Shown here: one piece after another, positions 1 through 10,885 of the stretch
Numbering within the stretch: the stretch's first letter is position 1
How the letters are laid out: the number at the start of each line of letters is the position of its first letter
Assembly (NCBI GenBank): GCA_963681965.1
Contig: OY820579.1
Span: 2,560,001-2,624,000 of the forward strand
From: a bacterium
GTDB lineage: Bacteria; Electryoneota; JAOADG01
Direction: 5' to 3'
Length of the DNA: 64,000 bases
Notes under the pieces: model-generated
The model's input: only the letters and a program-made list of their open reading frames with translations
What the model was told of the DNA's origin: nothing
Databases searched by the model: none
Program-made: the position numbers and the translations under genes

Positions 1-482
1 ATTCTGTGCGTCATTTTCTGTCGCTTCAAACTGGTAACTTGGAAGTTCGCGTTAACAAGTGTCGAATTTTCTTTGTGTTCTAATTGCTTGATTCCAATTA
101 AGATTATGACGGTAGTGGAGTTGCAGAACATTGCTAAAGAGTACGACATTTCAGGTGCAAGAACGAAAACTATTTCTGCACTTCATTAAGAAACTTGATT
201 AGAACTTAGAATAACTGAGGAGTTTAGCACTGTGAAGAAAATCTCCACATCTCGTTTCTCGCAATTGCGTACAAAGAAGATCTGAAAGAGTAACTCTAGT
301 AATAAGTCTCGGCAAATCAACTCTGCATGCAGATAAATCAGACGTGACATCTTCTTTTGATTTTTTAAAAAATAGTAATCGGGAGTAGCTCTTGGGCTGG
401 TTGTTTGCGTAAATTGCATTTTCTCTCAAACTACGTATTAAAAAGAAAAGTAACGTCGTAGATCGTAAAGTTCGAGTTAACA

Positions 483-3400
483 ATGACCAAATTACTTCCC
501 GGGGACATCATCGCTGGGTTGGAACCAGATGAGCACGTTCAAATCAGAAGCCTTACACAGCTTGGTGAGAAGGTTTTGATTGATGGTATCGGCGAACGAA
601 GTCGTCGTGAAATCCGGCGCCCTGTTTCTGTAACTGAGATTGAGCGCCTTACTAAAATTCGTGGTTCGAACTACTCGTTTGATGGTGATTCACGAAGTTT
701 CCTATTGGGTATGGAAGCGACCCGCATCCAAATCGCTTACCAGTTTGACCCATTGTTCGCAGTGAACTCTAGTGTCGTTGACGTGCTTCCTCATCAGGTA
801 GAAGCAGTCTATCGGTATCTGTTACCACTACCCCGAATCCGCTTCCTACTTGCCGATGACACAGGTGCTGGCAAGACTATCATGACCGGATTGTTAATTA
901 AGGAATTGTTATTTCGAGGCATCATTAGTAAGGTGCTCATCATAACGCCAGGTGGTCTTACTGGACAGTGGCGTGACGAAATGATTGACAAGTTTGGTCT
1001 CCCATTCCGACTGATTAACCGTGCGACATTTGATGCAGAGCCTGGTCAGTTTGCGCGTAACGATGAAGGGGCATTTATCACATCCATCGACTTTATTTCT
1101 CGCAACGAAGGATGCCTGAATGCCGCCAAAGAAACTCCGTGGGACATCATCGTCGTAGATGAAGCTCACAAGTTGTCCGCTTATGAGTATGGCACCAAAG
1201 TCGATAAAAACGAACGCTACCAAGCGATTGAGGCTCTATCGACCCGCACTGACCACTTACTTTTCCTGACTGCTACCCCACATCGTGGTCGCAAGGATAC
1301 GTTCCGCAGATTACTGATGCTGTTAGACCAGGATTTGTTTCAGAAAGATGAACTGGTCACTGAACGCTTGAAACGCCAAGCGCAGACAGTCAATCTCAAT
1401 ACGGAACAGTTTGAAGCGGAAGCAGCAATCAATGAAGCGAGGAATCGATTCTTCCTGCGAAGATTGAAAGAGGAGATGGTCGATTGGAACGGTAACCAGC
1501 TCTTCAAACCCCGCCATACGAACACCGTCGGATACAATCTGACACCAGAAGAGTATCAACTGTACTTAGCGGTCACAGCGTATGTTCGGTCACGTCGAAA
1601 GCAGGCGAAGGAAAAGAAAAATCGAAACGTCGAACTAGCTCTAGTCGTTATGCAACGCCGATTGGCAAGCAGTATCTACGCCATTACCAAGACGCTGGAA
1701 AACCGACTCAATTCTTTAGAGTATGCTCTGGATGTACTCAAAGATGCACAGCGCAAGACTGAATTGAAAGCGTTGCTGAGGGGCAGTGAAAACGATATCC
1801 CCACCAGTTACGACGACTATGAAGAGCAGGATGACATTCAGCGGGAAGATGTCGACAAGAAGATTTTCCGTTACGTTCTTAGCGATAATCCTGAGGAAGT
1901 TGCCAAAGAAAAATCGGAAGTGATTGCGTTACTTGAGATGGCTCGTGCGTTGAAGAATCACAAGGAAGCCAAGTTCTCAGAATTGTTACGGGTACTCGAT
2001 TCTTCCGATGTGATTCGACGAGAAGAAGAGAAGCTCGTCATCTTCACCGAACACAAACACACCCTTGACAATCTTCAAATGCGACTTTCCGCAATGGGGT
2101 ATTCAGTCACCACGATTCATGGTGGGATGGATATCGAAATGCGTAAGCAGGCGCAACGAGAATTCCGAACGCGCTCTAAAATCATGATTGCCACCGATGC
2201 CGCAGGCGAAGGTATCAACCTCCAGTTTTGTCGATATCTCATCAACTGGGACATCCCATGGAATCCTAATCGCCTTGAACAGCGCATGGGTCGTATCCAC
2301 CGCTACGGTCAGTTAAGCGACGTATGGGTCTACAATCTTGTCGCAACTAACACACGTGAAGGTTCTGTTCTTCAACGTGTTCTAACGAAGCTTGACCAAA
2401 TGCGAGAGCAGATGGGTACGGACCGCGTCTATGATGTTATCGACGAACTTCTCGATGATGTTCCACTGGTAGAATTGATTGAACGCTCCATCGACGAAGA
2501 CTCGCCTGATGATGTATGTGATGATACCGACCGATTGTTGAGTAATGACAAAGAAGGTCGTGCCGAAGAGCTTATCAACTTGCAGAAGAAAGCGTCACTA
2601 GCCTCCCATCTAGATATGCGTCAGGCTACTGAATTACGTGATGCCTCCGACGAGAGAAGACTGCAACCAATCTTCGTACAGAACTTCTTCTTTGATGCCT
2701 ATCGTGCCGCAAGTGGGATGATTACCGAAGACAATTACTATCCTGTTTTCACTGTTGGTAAAGTTCCTTCCGTACTATTGGAAGTCGCCAGACAGAATCA
2801 CTTTCCCATTACTGAATCGTACCTAACTCCATTCGTATTCGACAAGAACTTGGTAAGTGTTGCCAGTCGTACTGCTGTCCCTGATGGCACCAGAATGATT
2901 GGTCCCGGTCATCCACTGTTCGAAACTCTCATCATGTGGGCGTTGAAAAGTTCACGGGAAGCGTTCACGAAGGGAACAGTTCTCATCGACCCGAACATTG
3001 CTTCCCCACAACGGATTTGGATTGTCCGCTCCAAGATTGAAGATGAACGCCGGGAAGAGCGGGTACGTACTGCACACGAGAAACTTGCTGTCGTGATTGA
3101 AGACCATCTCGGTTTGCGGTCAACGTCACCGGCGAATCTGCTGATATACACGACACCCGATTCACCGATTGACTTGCCAACGGTAGATGCAAAGTCGAAT
3201 GATGAAATCCAACTTTGGACCTACGAGTACATCACTGAACCACAGAAGAAGCAGGTTACCAAGCATCGGCAAACTGAGACTGACTTGCGTCGCACGTACT
3301 TGACTCACACTTTTTCGGAACTGATAAGCGAGTTACAAAGTCAGCTTGAAGAATTGCAACGCTACCAACTGTACGGTGATGACAAACCGGAAGAGCGGCA

Positions 3401-3983
3401 GAAGTTGGAACAGCGCGTACAACAACTGAAGGATCGCAAGATAGTCCGACTGGAAGAGTTGGAATTGATGATGCGATTACGTGCCAACCTTCCTGAGATT
3501 ATAACTTCTGCGGTGGTCATCCCTTCACCGATTGCAATGGTTGTTTCCGACGACAGCTCGCTACAGCGTGGCGTACCGATGCGTCGCGATGACGAAGTCG
3601 AACGCATTGCAATGGATGTGGTGATGCGGTTTGAGCGTAGTCGTGGATGGCATCCTACCGATGTATCGCAAGATGGCGAACACTATGATATCCGCTCTGA
3701 ATCGCCAGATGGACAGAAACGCTTCATCGAAGTAAAAGGTCGTGCGACAACAGGCGCCATCGTTATCACATCGTCGGAGCGGGATAAGCTGGCACAACTA
3801 AAAGACCGCGCCTTTCTGTATATTGTGACACAGTGCCGAAGCGCATTACCGCGACTTCGTATCATTCCGAATCCGATGGATTGCCTGAACCCTGAACAAT
3901 GGTATCGGCAGGTTCAGTACCTCGTTCAACTATCTGACTGGCAACATCAAGGGGAAGAATATGACTTGTCCGCGCTTAATTGA
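483..3983 (+). CDS. SNF2-family helicase with C-terminal DUF3883 (PD-(D/E)XK-like) nuclease domain
   Basis: Motif I ADDTGAGKT, VVDEAH, TATPH, motif VI EQRMGRIHRYGQ; C-terminal YDIRS...FIEVKG. Confidence 0.9.
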   Translation: MTKLLPGDIIAGLEPDEHVQIRSLTQLGEKVLIDGIGERSRREIRRPVSVTEIERLTKIRGSNYSFDGDSRSFLLGMEATRIQIAYQFDPLFAVNSSVVDVLPHQVEAVYRYLLPLPRIRFLLADDTGAGKTIMTGLLIKELLFRGIISKVLIITPGGLTGQWRDEMIDKFGLPFRLINRATFDAEPGQFARNDEGAFITSIDFISRNEGCLNAAKETPWDIIVVDEAHKLSAYEYGTKVDKNERYQAIEALSTRTDHLLFLTATPHRGRKDTFRRLLMLLDQDLFQKDELVTERLKRQAQTVNLNTEQFEAEAAINEARNRFFLRRLKEEMVDWNGNQLFKPRHTNTVGYNLTPEEYQLYLAVTAYVRSRRKQAKEKKNRNVELALVVMQRRLASSIYAITKTLENRLNSLEYALDVLKDAQRKTELKALLRGSENDIPTSYDDYEEQDDIQREDVDKKIFRYVLSDNPEEVAKEKSEVIALLEMARALKNHKEAKFSELLRVLDSSDVIRREEEKLVIFTEHKHTLDNLQMRLSAMGYSVTTIHGGMDIEMRKQAQREFRTRSKIMIATDAAGEGINLQFCRYLINWDIPWNPNRLEQRMGRIHRYGQLSDVWVYNLVATNTREGSVLQRVLTKLDQMREQMGTDRVYDVIDELLDDVPLVELIERSIDEDSPDDVCDDTDRLLSNDKEGRAEELINLQKKASLASHLDMRQATELRDASDERRLQPIFVQNFFFDAYRAASGMITEDNYYPVFTVGKVPSVLLEVARQNHFPITESYLTPFVFDKNLVSVASRTAVPDGTRMIGPGHPLFETLIMWALKSSREAFTKGTVLIDPNIASPQRIWIVRSKIEDERREERVRTAHEKLAVVIEDHLGLRSTSPANLLIYTTPDSPIDLPTVDAKSNDEIQLWTYEYITEPQKKQVTKHRQTETDLRRTYLTHTFSELISELQSQLEELQRYQLYGDDKPEERQKLEQRVQQLKDRKIVRLEELELMMRLRANLPEIITSAVVIPSPIAMVVSDDSSLQRGVPMRRDDEVERIAMDVVMRFERSRGWHPTDVSQDGEHYDIRSESPDGQKRFIEVKGRATTGAIVITSSERDKLAQLKDRAFLYIVTQCRSALPRLRIIPNPMDCLNPEQWYRQVQYLVQLSDWQHQGEEYDLSALN

Positions 3984-6909
3984 GGTCGCACTACCGATTC
4001 GAGAAATCTCGGCGGAAAGTGTTCGGGACAAGTCTCTTCGTCATGGTCACATTTCCACACTTCACCTTTGGTGGGCACGTCGTCCGCTCTCCGCTAGTCG
4101 TGCAATTGTATTTGCTTCGCTTGTTCCAGACCCTGACCATCCAGATTGTCCACAGGATTTCAAAGATACTGTATATCGTTTTCTTGGAAAGGGTAACGTT
4201 CCCAGAATATTACAGCAGTACCGGCGAGGAAGACACGATTTTGAATCCACAGACCCCTATAAACCTTACGAAGGAATGGAAGACACGCTTCGGAATCGGT
4301 TACTGACTTTTATCGCCAGATGGTCGCCGGAATGGATTCAATTTGAGGCAGGTCGTAGCGATAAACAGCCTGGACCCAGCGAGATGTTGGACGATCGTTG
4401 TCTGGTCAAGTGGGAAACCAGTGACCCGCAGAATGAACAAGGGAAAGTGATTCTCCATATCGCTAAGGAGCTTATCAGAATTGCCAATGGAGGTGAAACA
4501 CCGACTGTACTTGACCCATTTTCAGGTGGTGGTTCAATACCACTGGAAGCAGGTAGGTTAGGGTGCAATACGATAGCAAACGATTACAATCCTGTGGCAT
4601 ATCTGATACTTCGTGCTACTTGCGAATATCCTCAAAAATATGGGAAACCGGGACGTCGTAATGGACCTAATGGAGAAGAATCGGAAGTCCCAAATGTACT
4701 TGCTTTTGATGTCGACTATTGGGCAAAAAGAGTTCAAGAAATTGCAAAAGTCCAGATTAATGAATTTTATCCAGTTGGAATGGATGGAAATCCAATCGTT
4801 GGTTATTTATGGGCACGAACCGTTTTGTGTGCTAACCCGAATTGTAAAGCAGAAATTCCCTTATTGCGTAGTTTGACAATTTGTGAGAAAACGAATAAGA
4901 AATATACATTAACGATGCAGTTGGACAGAAACAACAAAAGTGTAAAGTTCGGAGTTGTTCACAATGATGTAACCGCTGAAACAACAGGGACGATGCTTTC
5001 TGGAGGAAACTGTAATTGTCCATTTTGTGAACAAATTACTTCGGTTCAGCACATCAGACAGTCTGGGTTAGATGGAAAAATCGGTGAAGTAATGCTTGCC
5101 GTAGTAACTGATACTCCTGATGGAAAATCCTACAGAACTGTAGAGAAGCTTGACTTAGAGGCTTATCAAAAAGCAAAACTAGTTTATGCTGACATTGAAA
5201 AGCCAACCGAGTTCATTGTCCCCGAAATAAACTCTCCTCAAGCAGATATCGATGCTGGTGCACATCGAAGTATAAGTGTTGATATGTATGGTTATAAAAC
5301 GTTTGCAAGTCTGTTTAATCCACGTCAACTAGTATGTATGTCTGCCTTCGTGATTGCAATAAATCAAGTAGAAACAGAATTATTGGCACAAGTGAACGAT
5401 AGCGAGTATCGAAAGTGTATAATGCTCTATCTAGGTGTGCTTTTGAGCCGCATATCACAACGAATGTCTAACATCGGTATTTGGAATACCGGAGGGGAAA
5501 AGTTTGAGCATCCCTTTGGAAGACAATCACTTGCGATGGTTTGGGATTATCCTGAAGTCAATCCTTTTTCTGATTCAACCGGAGGAACTGATGGTCAATT
5601 AGGATGGATACAAAGAGTAATTGCTCATGAGCAAGTGCAAGGCACCATATCAAATTCTATTTCTGTAAGACAAGGTGACGCAGCTTCAATAAATGGTAGT
5701 GTAAAACCAGTCCAAACTATTATTACTGACCCTCCTTATTTTGACGCCATCGCTTATGCAGATTTGTCTGATTATTTCTACGTATGGCTTAAGCGAGTTC
5801 TGAATAATAGTTTTCCGAGTGCTTTTATAACACCTCAAACTCCTAAAATTGATGAAGCAGTCGCACATAAACATCGTCATCATGGAAAAAAAGAACTTGG
5901 CAAAAAACACTTTTCGAAAAAACTTGCAGAGTCATTTGCTACTGCAAAAAAACACTGTAGGCAAGATGGCACAGTTAGTATCATGTTTGCGCATCAGTCT
6001 ACAGAAGCATGGACAGCATTGATAGACGCTATTTTTTCTGCTGGTCTGAACATAACCGCAACATATCCAATTGATACTGAAAGAGTTTTGGCACTTAAAA
6101 AGGACATATCTGCACTTGCTTCTTCAATAACTGTTGTGTGTCGACACCGTGAGTTTGGAAATGCAATAACGTTTCGTGATGTACGAGCGTTAATAGAAAA
6201 AGAAGTTGCCAAAGCAGTCAATAGATTTTGGAATTATGGTTTTCGAGGTGCTGACCTTATTGTCGCATGTTTTGGTCCGGCTGTTGGAGTATTCGGGCAG
6301 TTTGAGCGTGTAGAACGTGCCGATGGGACATTAGTTGGCGTCAAAGAGCTTCTCGATTTTGTAAGAGAGTGTGCGCTAAAAGCTATCGCAGGTGAGTTCA
6401 ATGGTGACCACCTATCCAGACTATATTTCGTTTGGGTCAATTTGTATGGAACAAGCGTTCAAAAGTTCAATGATGCTCGATTAGTGATTCAAATCGGTGG
6501 TGGCGACGATATAAACATCGATATTGCCAAGCAAGAAAAGTTGTTCATCGTCGATGGTTCTGATTGTCGATTGGCTTTGCTTGCTGACCGTACTGATATT
6601 TCCAAATTGGGCCGTGAGCCGGAATCCCCACTCATCGACCGACTTCACTTTGCCATGCGATTATGGCAAGCTGAACTTCGCAACGATTTAATTGGCTACC
6701 TTCGCAGTAATGACCTGTTGGAAGATGAACGGTTCTGGAAGTTGGCACAGGCACTTTTCGAAGTACTTCCCCGTACCGAAGTAGACTGGAAGTTGGTGTC
6801 TGCTTTGCTTAGTGAACGTGACACCCTGAAACTCGAATCACGTAAGAAGTTACCTACCGAACCCGAAATCGGGCAGTCAAGAAGTTTAGATTTACCGGCT
6901 GAGGAATAA
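3961..6909 (+). CDS. DUF1156-type N6-adenine DNA methyltransferase
   Basis: LHLWWARRP, SAM-binding DPFSGGGSIP, catalytic TDPPY, Zn-ribbon CANPNC/CPFC; overlaps helicase stop. Confidence 0.9.
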   Translation: MTCPRLIEVALPIREISAESVRDKSLRHGHISTLHLWWARRPLSASRAIVFASLVPDPDHPDCPQDFKDTVYRFLGKGNVPRILQQYRRGRHDFESTDPYKPYEGMEDTLRNRLLTFIARWSPEWIQFEAGRSDKQPGPSEMLDDRCLVKWETSDPQNEQGKVILHIAKELIRIANGGETPTVLDPFSGGGSIPLEAGRLGCNTIANDYNPVAYLILRATCEYPQKYGKPGRRNGPNGEESEVPNVLAFDVDYWAKRVQEIAKVQINEFYPVGMDGNPIVGYLWARTVLCANPNCKAEIPLLRSLTICEKTNKKYTLTMQLDRNNKSVKFGVVHNDVTAETTGTMLSGGNCNCPFCEQITSVQHIRQSGLDGKIGEVMLAVVTDTPDGKSYRTVEKLDLEAYQKAKLVYADIEKPTEFIVPEINSPQADIDAGAHRSISVDMYGYKTFASLFNPRQLVCMSAFVIAINQVETELLAQVNDSEYRKCIMLYLGVLLSRISQRMSNIGIWNTGGEKFEHPFGRQSLAMVWDYPEVNPFSDSTGGTDGQLGWIQRVIAHEQVQGTISNSISVRQGDAASINGSVKPVQTIITDPPYFDAIAYADLSDYFYVWLKRVLNNSFPSAFITPQTPKIDEAVAHKHRHHGKKELGKKHFSKKLAESFATAKKHCRQDGTVSIMFAHQSTEAWTALIDAIFSAGLNITATYPIDTERVLALKKDISALASSITVVCRHREFGNAITFRDVRALIEKEVAKAVNRFWNYGFRGADLIVACFGPAVGVFGQFERVERADGTLVGVKELLDFVRECALKAIAGEFNGDHLSRLYFVWVNLYGTSVQKFNDARLVIQIGGGDDINIDIAKQEKLFIVDGSDCRLALLADRTDISKLGREPESPLIDRLHFAMRLWQAELRNDLIGYLRSNDLLEDERFWKLAQALFEVLPRTEVDWKLVSALLSERDTLKLESRKKLPTEPEIGQSRSLDLPAEE

Positions 6910-6915
6910 ACCACG

Positions 6916-9780
6916 ATGGCACCTGAACTAAAACCCTGGTACGCAATTGCAACACCCCATTCCGATATTCGTGAGGGGCGACTCGATGAAGCGGTTTTTG
7001 CTGCTGACCTGTGGAAAGTTGTACAGGGTGAAGCGCCGGATATCTACCTCAACACCGCAGATTTCTTTGCTAAGACCTATCTCACTGCCGGTCTCACAAA
7101 TGTGCTAAAGAAAGTTGCCAGAGCCCTATCCGGTGATGCTGATGCCGGTGATAGAATCGTCAGTTTGCAGACATCGTTCGGTGGTGGTAAAACCCATGCC
7201 CTAGTCGCATTGTGGCATCTTGCCAAGCATGCCGATGTGATTCGCAACGACCCTGCTTGTTCTGAATTGAATAGTGCAATCGGTGCTTTTTTACCGAAGC
7301 AACCGATTTCTGTTGCCGTGTTCACCAATAAAACAACCGATGCTACCCAAGGACGTCACACCCCTGAAGGGTTAGTCATCCGAACGATGTGGGGGGAGCT
7401 TGCCTACCAACTCGGTGGTATTGAACTGTACAAGCGCATCGAAGCGAACGACCAAGCAAGGACTGTACCTCAGGGTCTTTTCGGTGAACTCTTAAAAAGT
7501 GTCAGTCCCTGTTTAATTCTGCTTGACGAAGTTGCCGATTACTGCATTGGTGCTAATGGTGTTCCGGTCGGTAATCTCACGCTCTCCGACCAGACGGTCT
7601 CCTTCGCCCAACAACTTTCTGAAGCGGTTTCCAGTATCAAGGAGGTCGCAGTTGTCGCTACCCTTCCTGCCAGTCACCTTGAAGTTGCCGGGTCTGAGCG
7701 TGGCGTGGAAATCCTGAATAGTTTGGAGCGACGGTTCGGTCGTATGAGTGCCGATGTCAAACCAGTGGCGGACCAAGAAATCTACGATGTCGTTCGTCGT
7801 CGTTTGTTCGATTCTGTTGGTGACCTTACCGAACAGGAACGGGTCGCGACAGCTTACATGGCGATGTACACTACCCACAAGTCAGAGGTTCCGACTGAAG
7901 CGGCACGTTCCAATTACAAGGACCAATTGGTTCGTGCTTATCCTTTCCATCCGATGGTAATCGACGCTCTGTTTCTCCGTTGGGGTAGCCATCCAGACTT
8001 CCAGCGTACACGTGGAGTTCTTCGTTTGTTGGCTTCGGTGGTCGGTGACCTGTGGAAGCGTCGAAACAATGAGACACAAGCGCAGTCGATGATACTTCCC
8101 TGCCACATTCGATGGGATGTGGATGCACTTCATGCCGCCCTTACCCGAATGTGGGGTAGTGCCTATGACTCAGTGGTCGCAGCAGATATCATCGGTGAAA
8201 AAGCCAATGCGATGATGATTGATGAAGAACGTGGTGGCGAGTATTTCACGCAGAAGATTGCACAAGGTTTGGCTTCTGCGGCTCTGCTCGGCTCCTTTGG
8301 TGGACAAGGGGAACGCTCAGGATACAGTAACAAGGAATTGAAACTTTGTGTCGGTCGTCCGGAACTGAATTGGAATTTTACCGATGGTGCCATCACAGTT
8401 TTAGAAGAAAAGGCGTTTTACCTTCATTCGACTACAGTCGGTGAATCCACTAGTAAGCGGTATTGGTTCGCCACAAAACCGACTTTAAACAAACTGATTG
8501 TTCAGTACCGCGCTCAAATTGGTGACAAGAGCTTTGATAAAGAGATTTCCGACACCATCCGCGACCAAGCACATAAAGTTGTCACAGGTACTGACAAATG
8601 GAAAATCCTTGTTAGTCCTGATGATGATTTGCCGGAACAAAAGTCACTAACTCTTCTCATTATGTCTCCGGAGTTCGCGTACTCCGAAAATGGTGGGCAG
8701 AAGAATCTGCTGTCTTCGCCGATTGATGACCAACTTCTGAAAATCAGCCTGAAGTGCGGTCAGAAGGAACGACTATTCCGAAACACCCTCATCTTTTTGC
8801 TCCCTTCGCATAAGGGATTGAATAAATTGCGGACCACATTTCGAGAAGTTGCTGCTCTGGAGCTAGTGAAACGGGATTACTACTCCCAACTGGATAAAGA
8901 ACAGCAGGAGGAACTACTGAAGCGTCTTGAAAGGGAGCGTAAAAACGTCCAGGAGAGCCTTGGAAGCACCTATACATACATCGCCCGTGTTTCTGGTCAA
9001 ACGGCAGATGTAAAACCTCTCACGGACGTTAAAACGAGTTTTGCTGACCATCTTGGTGCTGCTTGGTCATGGGTTATCGACGATGAATGGGTTTTGCGGA
9101 AAGTTGGGTCGGTTACGCTCGAAAAATCAGGGTTAGTACTACAGGATGGCGGAATTCGAGTCAAAGATGCACTGGAGTCGATGCTCCGCTACACCGATAA
9201 GCCGATGTTGGCTAATCGTGATGCTCTACTTCGTGGATTGGTTGATGCCTGCAAGGATTCTGTGATTGGAATCGCACGTGGTATTACATTGAACAACATC
9301 CAAAAGCAGTGGTGCGGTGAGACAATCACTTTGGACCCGAACGAAGATGGATTATGGATTATCCCGAAGTTTACAAAGGTTGTGGTTCCACCCGAACCAA
9401 TGGGTAGTGGGTCACAGGGAAGTACACCTTCAGGCACAACCTCTACGCCGACAGGAAACGAATTAGGAGCATCTACTGGAAGCATATTCGGTGGCGACGG
9501 TTCTATTCCACCGGCAACTGGTGAAGAAACCGTAGTCGAAGTCGTAGATGACAACAACAAAATTCACAGCTTCCGAATCTCGGGGAATGTTGCCACAGAA
9601 AACTGGACTGAACTGTTCCGCTGTTTCATCCAACCGACACTGCGATTGAATTTGAAGAAGCTCCAGATAAGTGTGTCCTTCAGCGGCGAAACCCACGAAG
9701 GGAATCCACTTGATGTAAATGACCCATCGGTCAAAGGCATGAAGGAAGCGGCAAAGCAGTTGGGGTTGAAGTTTGATTAA
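6916..9780 (+). CDS. DUF499 AAA+ ATPase
   Basis: Walker A QTSFGGGKTH, Walker B LILLDE, YPFHP, FQRTRGVLR; Gly/Ser/Thr/Pro linker near C-terminus. Confidence 0.9.
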   Translation: MAPELKPWYAIATPHSDIREGRLDEAVFAADLWKVVQGEAPDIYLNTADFFAKTYLTAGLTNVLKKVARALSGDADAGDRIVSLQTSFGGGKTHALVALWHLAKHADVIRNDPACSELNSAIGAFLPKQPISVAVFTNKTTDATQGRHTPEGLVIRTMWGELAYQLGGIELYKRIEANDQARTVPQGLFGELLKSVSPCLILLDEVADYCIGANGVPVGNLTLSDQTVSFAQQLSEAVSSIKEVAVVATLPASHLEVAGSERGVEILNSLERRFGRMSADVKPVADQEIYDVVRRRLFDSVGDLTEQERVATAYMAMYTTHKSEVPTEAARSNYKDQLVRAYPFHPMVIDALFLRWGSHPDFQRTRGVLRLLASVVGDLWKRRNNETQAQSMILPCHIRWDVDALHAALTRMWGSAYDSVVAADIIGEKANAMMIDEERGGEYFTQKIAQGLASAALLGSFGGQGERSGYSNKELKLCVGRPELNWNFTDGAITVLEEKAFYLHSTTVGESTSKRYWFATKPTLNKLIVQYRAQIGDKSFDKEISDTIRDQAHKVVTGTDKWKILVSPDDDLPEQKSLTLLIMSPEFAYSENGGQKNLLSSPIDDQLLKISLKCGQKERLFRNTLIFLLPSHKGLNKLRTTFREVAALELVKRDYYSQLDKEQQEELLKRLERERKNVQESLGSTYTYIARVSGQTADVKPLTDVKTSFADHLGAAWSWVIDDEWVLRKVGSVTLEKSGLVLQDGGIRVKDALESMLRYTDKPMLANRDALLRGLVDACKDSVIGIARGITLNNIQKQWCGETITLDPNEDGLWIIPKFTKVVVPPEPMGSGSQGSTPSGTTSTPTGNELGASTGSIFGGDGSIPPATGEETVVEVVDDNNKIHSFRISGNVATENWTELFRCFIQPTLRLNLKKLQISVSFSGETHEGNPLDVNDPSVKGMKEAAKQLGLKFD

Positions 9781-10885
9781 AGCACAAAAACATTCAATTC
9801 CGATCAGGGTTTATGATTTTTTTTCTGGTTGCGGAGGTACAAGCTTAGGTTTTGGGCAAGCTGGAATTCAGCATGCTCTAGCGGTTGATTCATGCCAAGA
9901 TGCCGTTTCAACATTTATTAAAAATTTTCCTGGTGTTAATGTTATTAATGAACCGATTGAGACTTTGGATGTGAAACGGATTCAATCTCATTTTTTGAAT
10001 GTGCCCGAAGTGAAGCTCTTTTGTGGTTGTGCACCCTGTCAGCCATTTACCAAGCAGAAAACAAACACAATATTAGTAAATTCAAAAGATGAACGGCGCG
10101 AACTATTAACTTACTTTGCTGAAATGGTTCATCAATGCCTTCCTGAGTTGGTTTTCATAGAAAATGTCCCTGGACTACAAAAAGTAACTCTTGGTGCAGA
10201 AGGACCGTTTTCTAGGCTTATCGACCAACTCGAAAAGGATAAATACTTTTGTTCCTATGGAGTTATAACTGCACAAGATTATGGAGCAGCACAGTTTCGC
10301 AGGCGCCTGGTTTTAGTCGCCAGTAGATTAGGTAAAATCGACTTACCCCTTCCTACACATGGAATGCAAACGCCAAACAAATTTGTTACTGTTTGGGATG
10401 CGATCAGCGAACTTCCTTCAATAAATCATGGTGAAGAGCATCCAGATACAATTAGATATCCCAATCATCGTGCAGCAAGACTTTCAAAGCTTAACTTGGA
10501 ACGAATTCAGAATACTAAGACGAATGGACGTCGAGATTGGCCTGACAGATTATTACCGGATTGCTATACGAAGAAAAAGAATGGTAATCGGTATACTGGT
10601 CATACTGATTGTTATACGCGTTTGGCATGGCATGAGTCTGCACCAGGACTTACAACACGATGCATTAGTTATTCAAATGGAAGATTCGGACATCCAGAAC
10701 AGGATCGTGCTATTTCTGTGAGAGAGGCTGCGAGATTGCAAGGATTCCCCGACAACTTCATTTTCACTGGATCGCTAAATTCTATGGCACGCCAGATCGG
10801 AAATGCAGTTCCTGTATCAGTAGCACGAGCATTCGGAATTCATTTTGTAAATCATGTTAAAAAGGCTGGGCTGTGGCATGGCTAA
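9773..10885 (+). CDS. dcm: C5-cytosine DNA methyltransferase
   Basis: DFFSGCGG (I), PCQ (IV), ENV (VI), QFRRR (VIII), RQIGNAVP (X); TTG start overlapping upstream stop, start uncertain. Confidence 0.92.
   Translation: MIKAQKHSIPIRVYDFFSGCGGTSLGFGQAGIQHALAVDSCQDAVSTFIKNFPGVNVINEPIETLDVKRIQSHFLNVPEVKLFCGCAPCQPFTKQKTNTILVNSKDERRELLTYFAEMVHQCLPELVFIENVPGLQKVTLGAEGPFSRLIDQLEKDKYFCSYGVITAQDYGAAQFRRRLVLVASRLGKIDLPLPTHGMQTPNKFVTVWDAISELPSINHGEEHPDTIRYPNHRAARLSKLNLERIQNTKTNGRRDWPDRLLPDCYTKKKNGNRYTGHTDCYTRLAWHESAPGLTTRCISYSNGRFGHPEQDRAISVREAARLQGFPDNFIFTGSLNSMARQIGNAVPVSVARAFGIHFVNHVKKAGLWHG

Noticed and set aside
186-483. Short minus-strand ORFs upstream of the helicase
   Set aside because: No recognisable motif or convincing RBS
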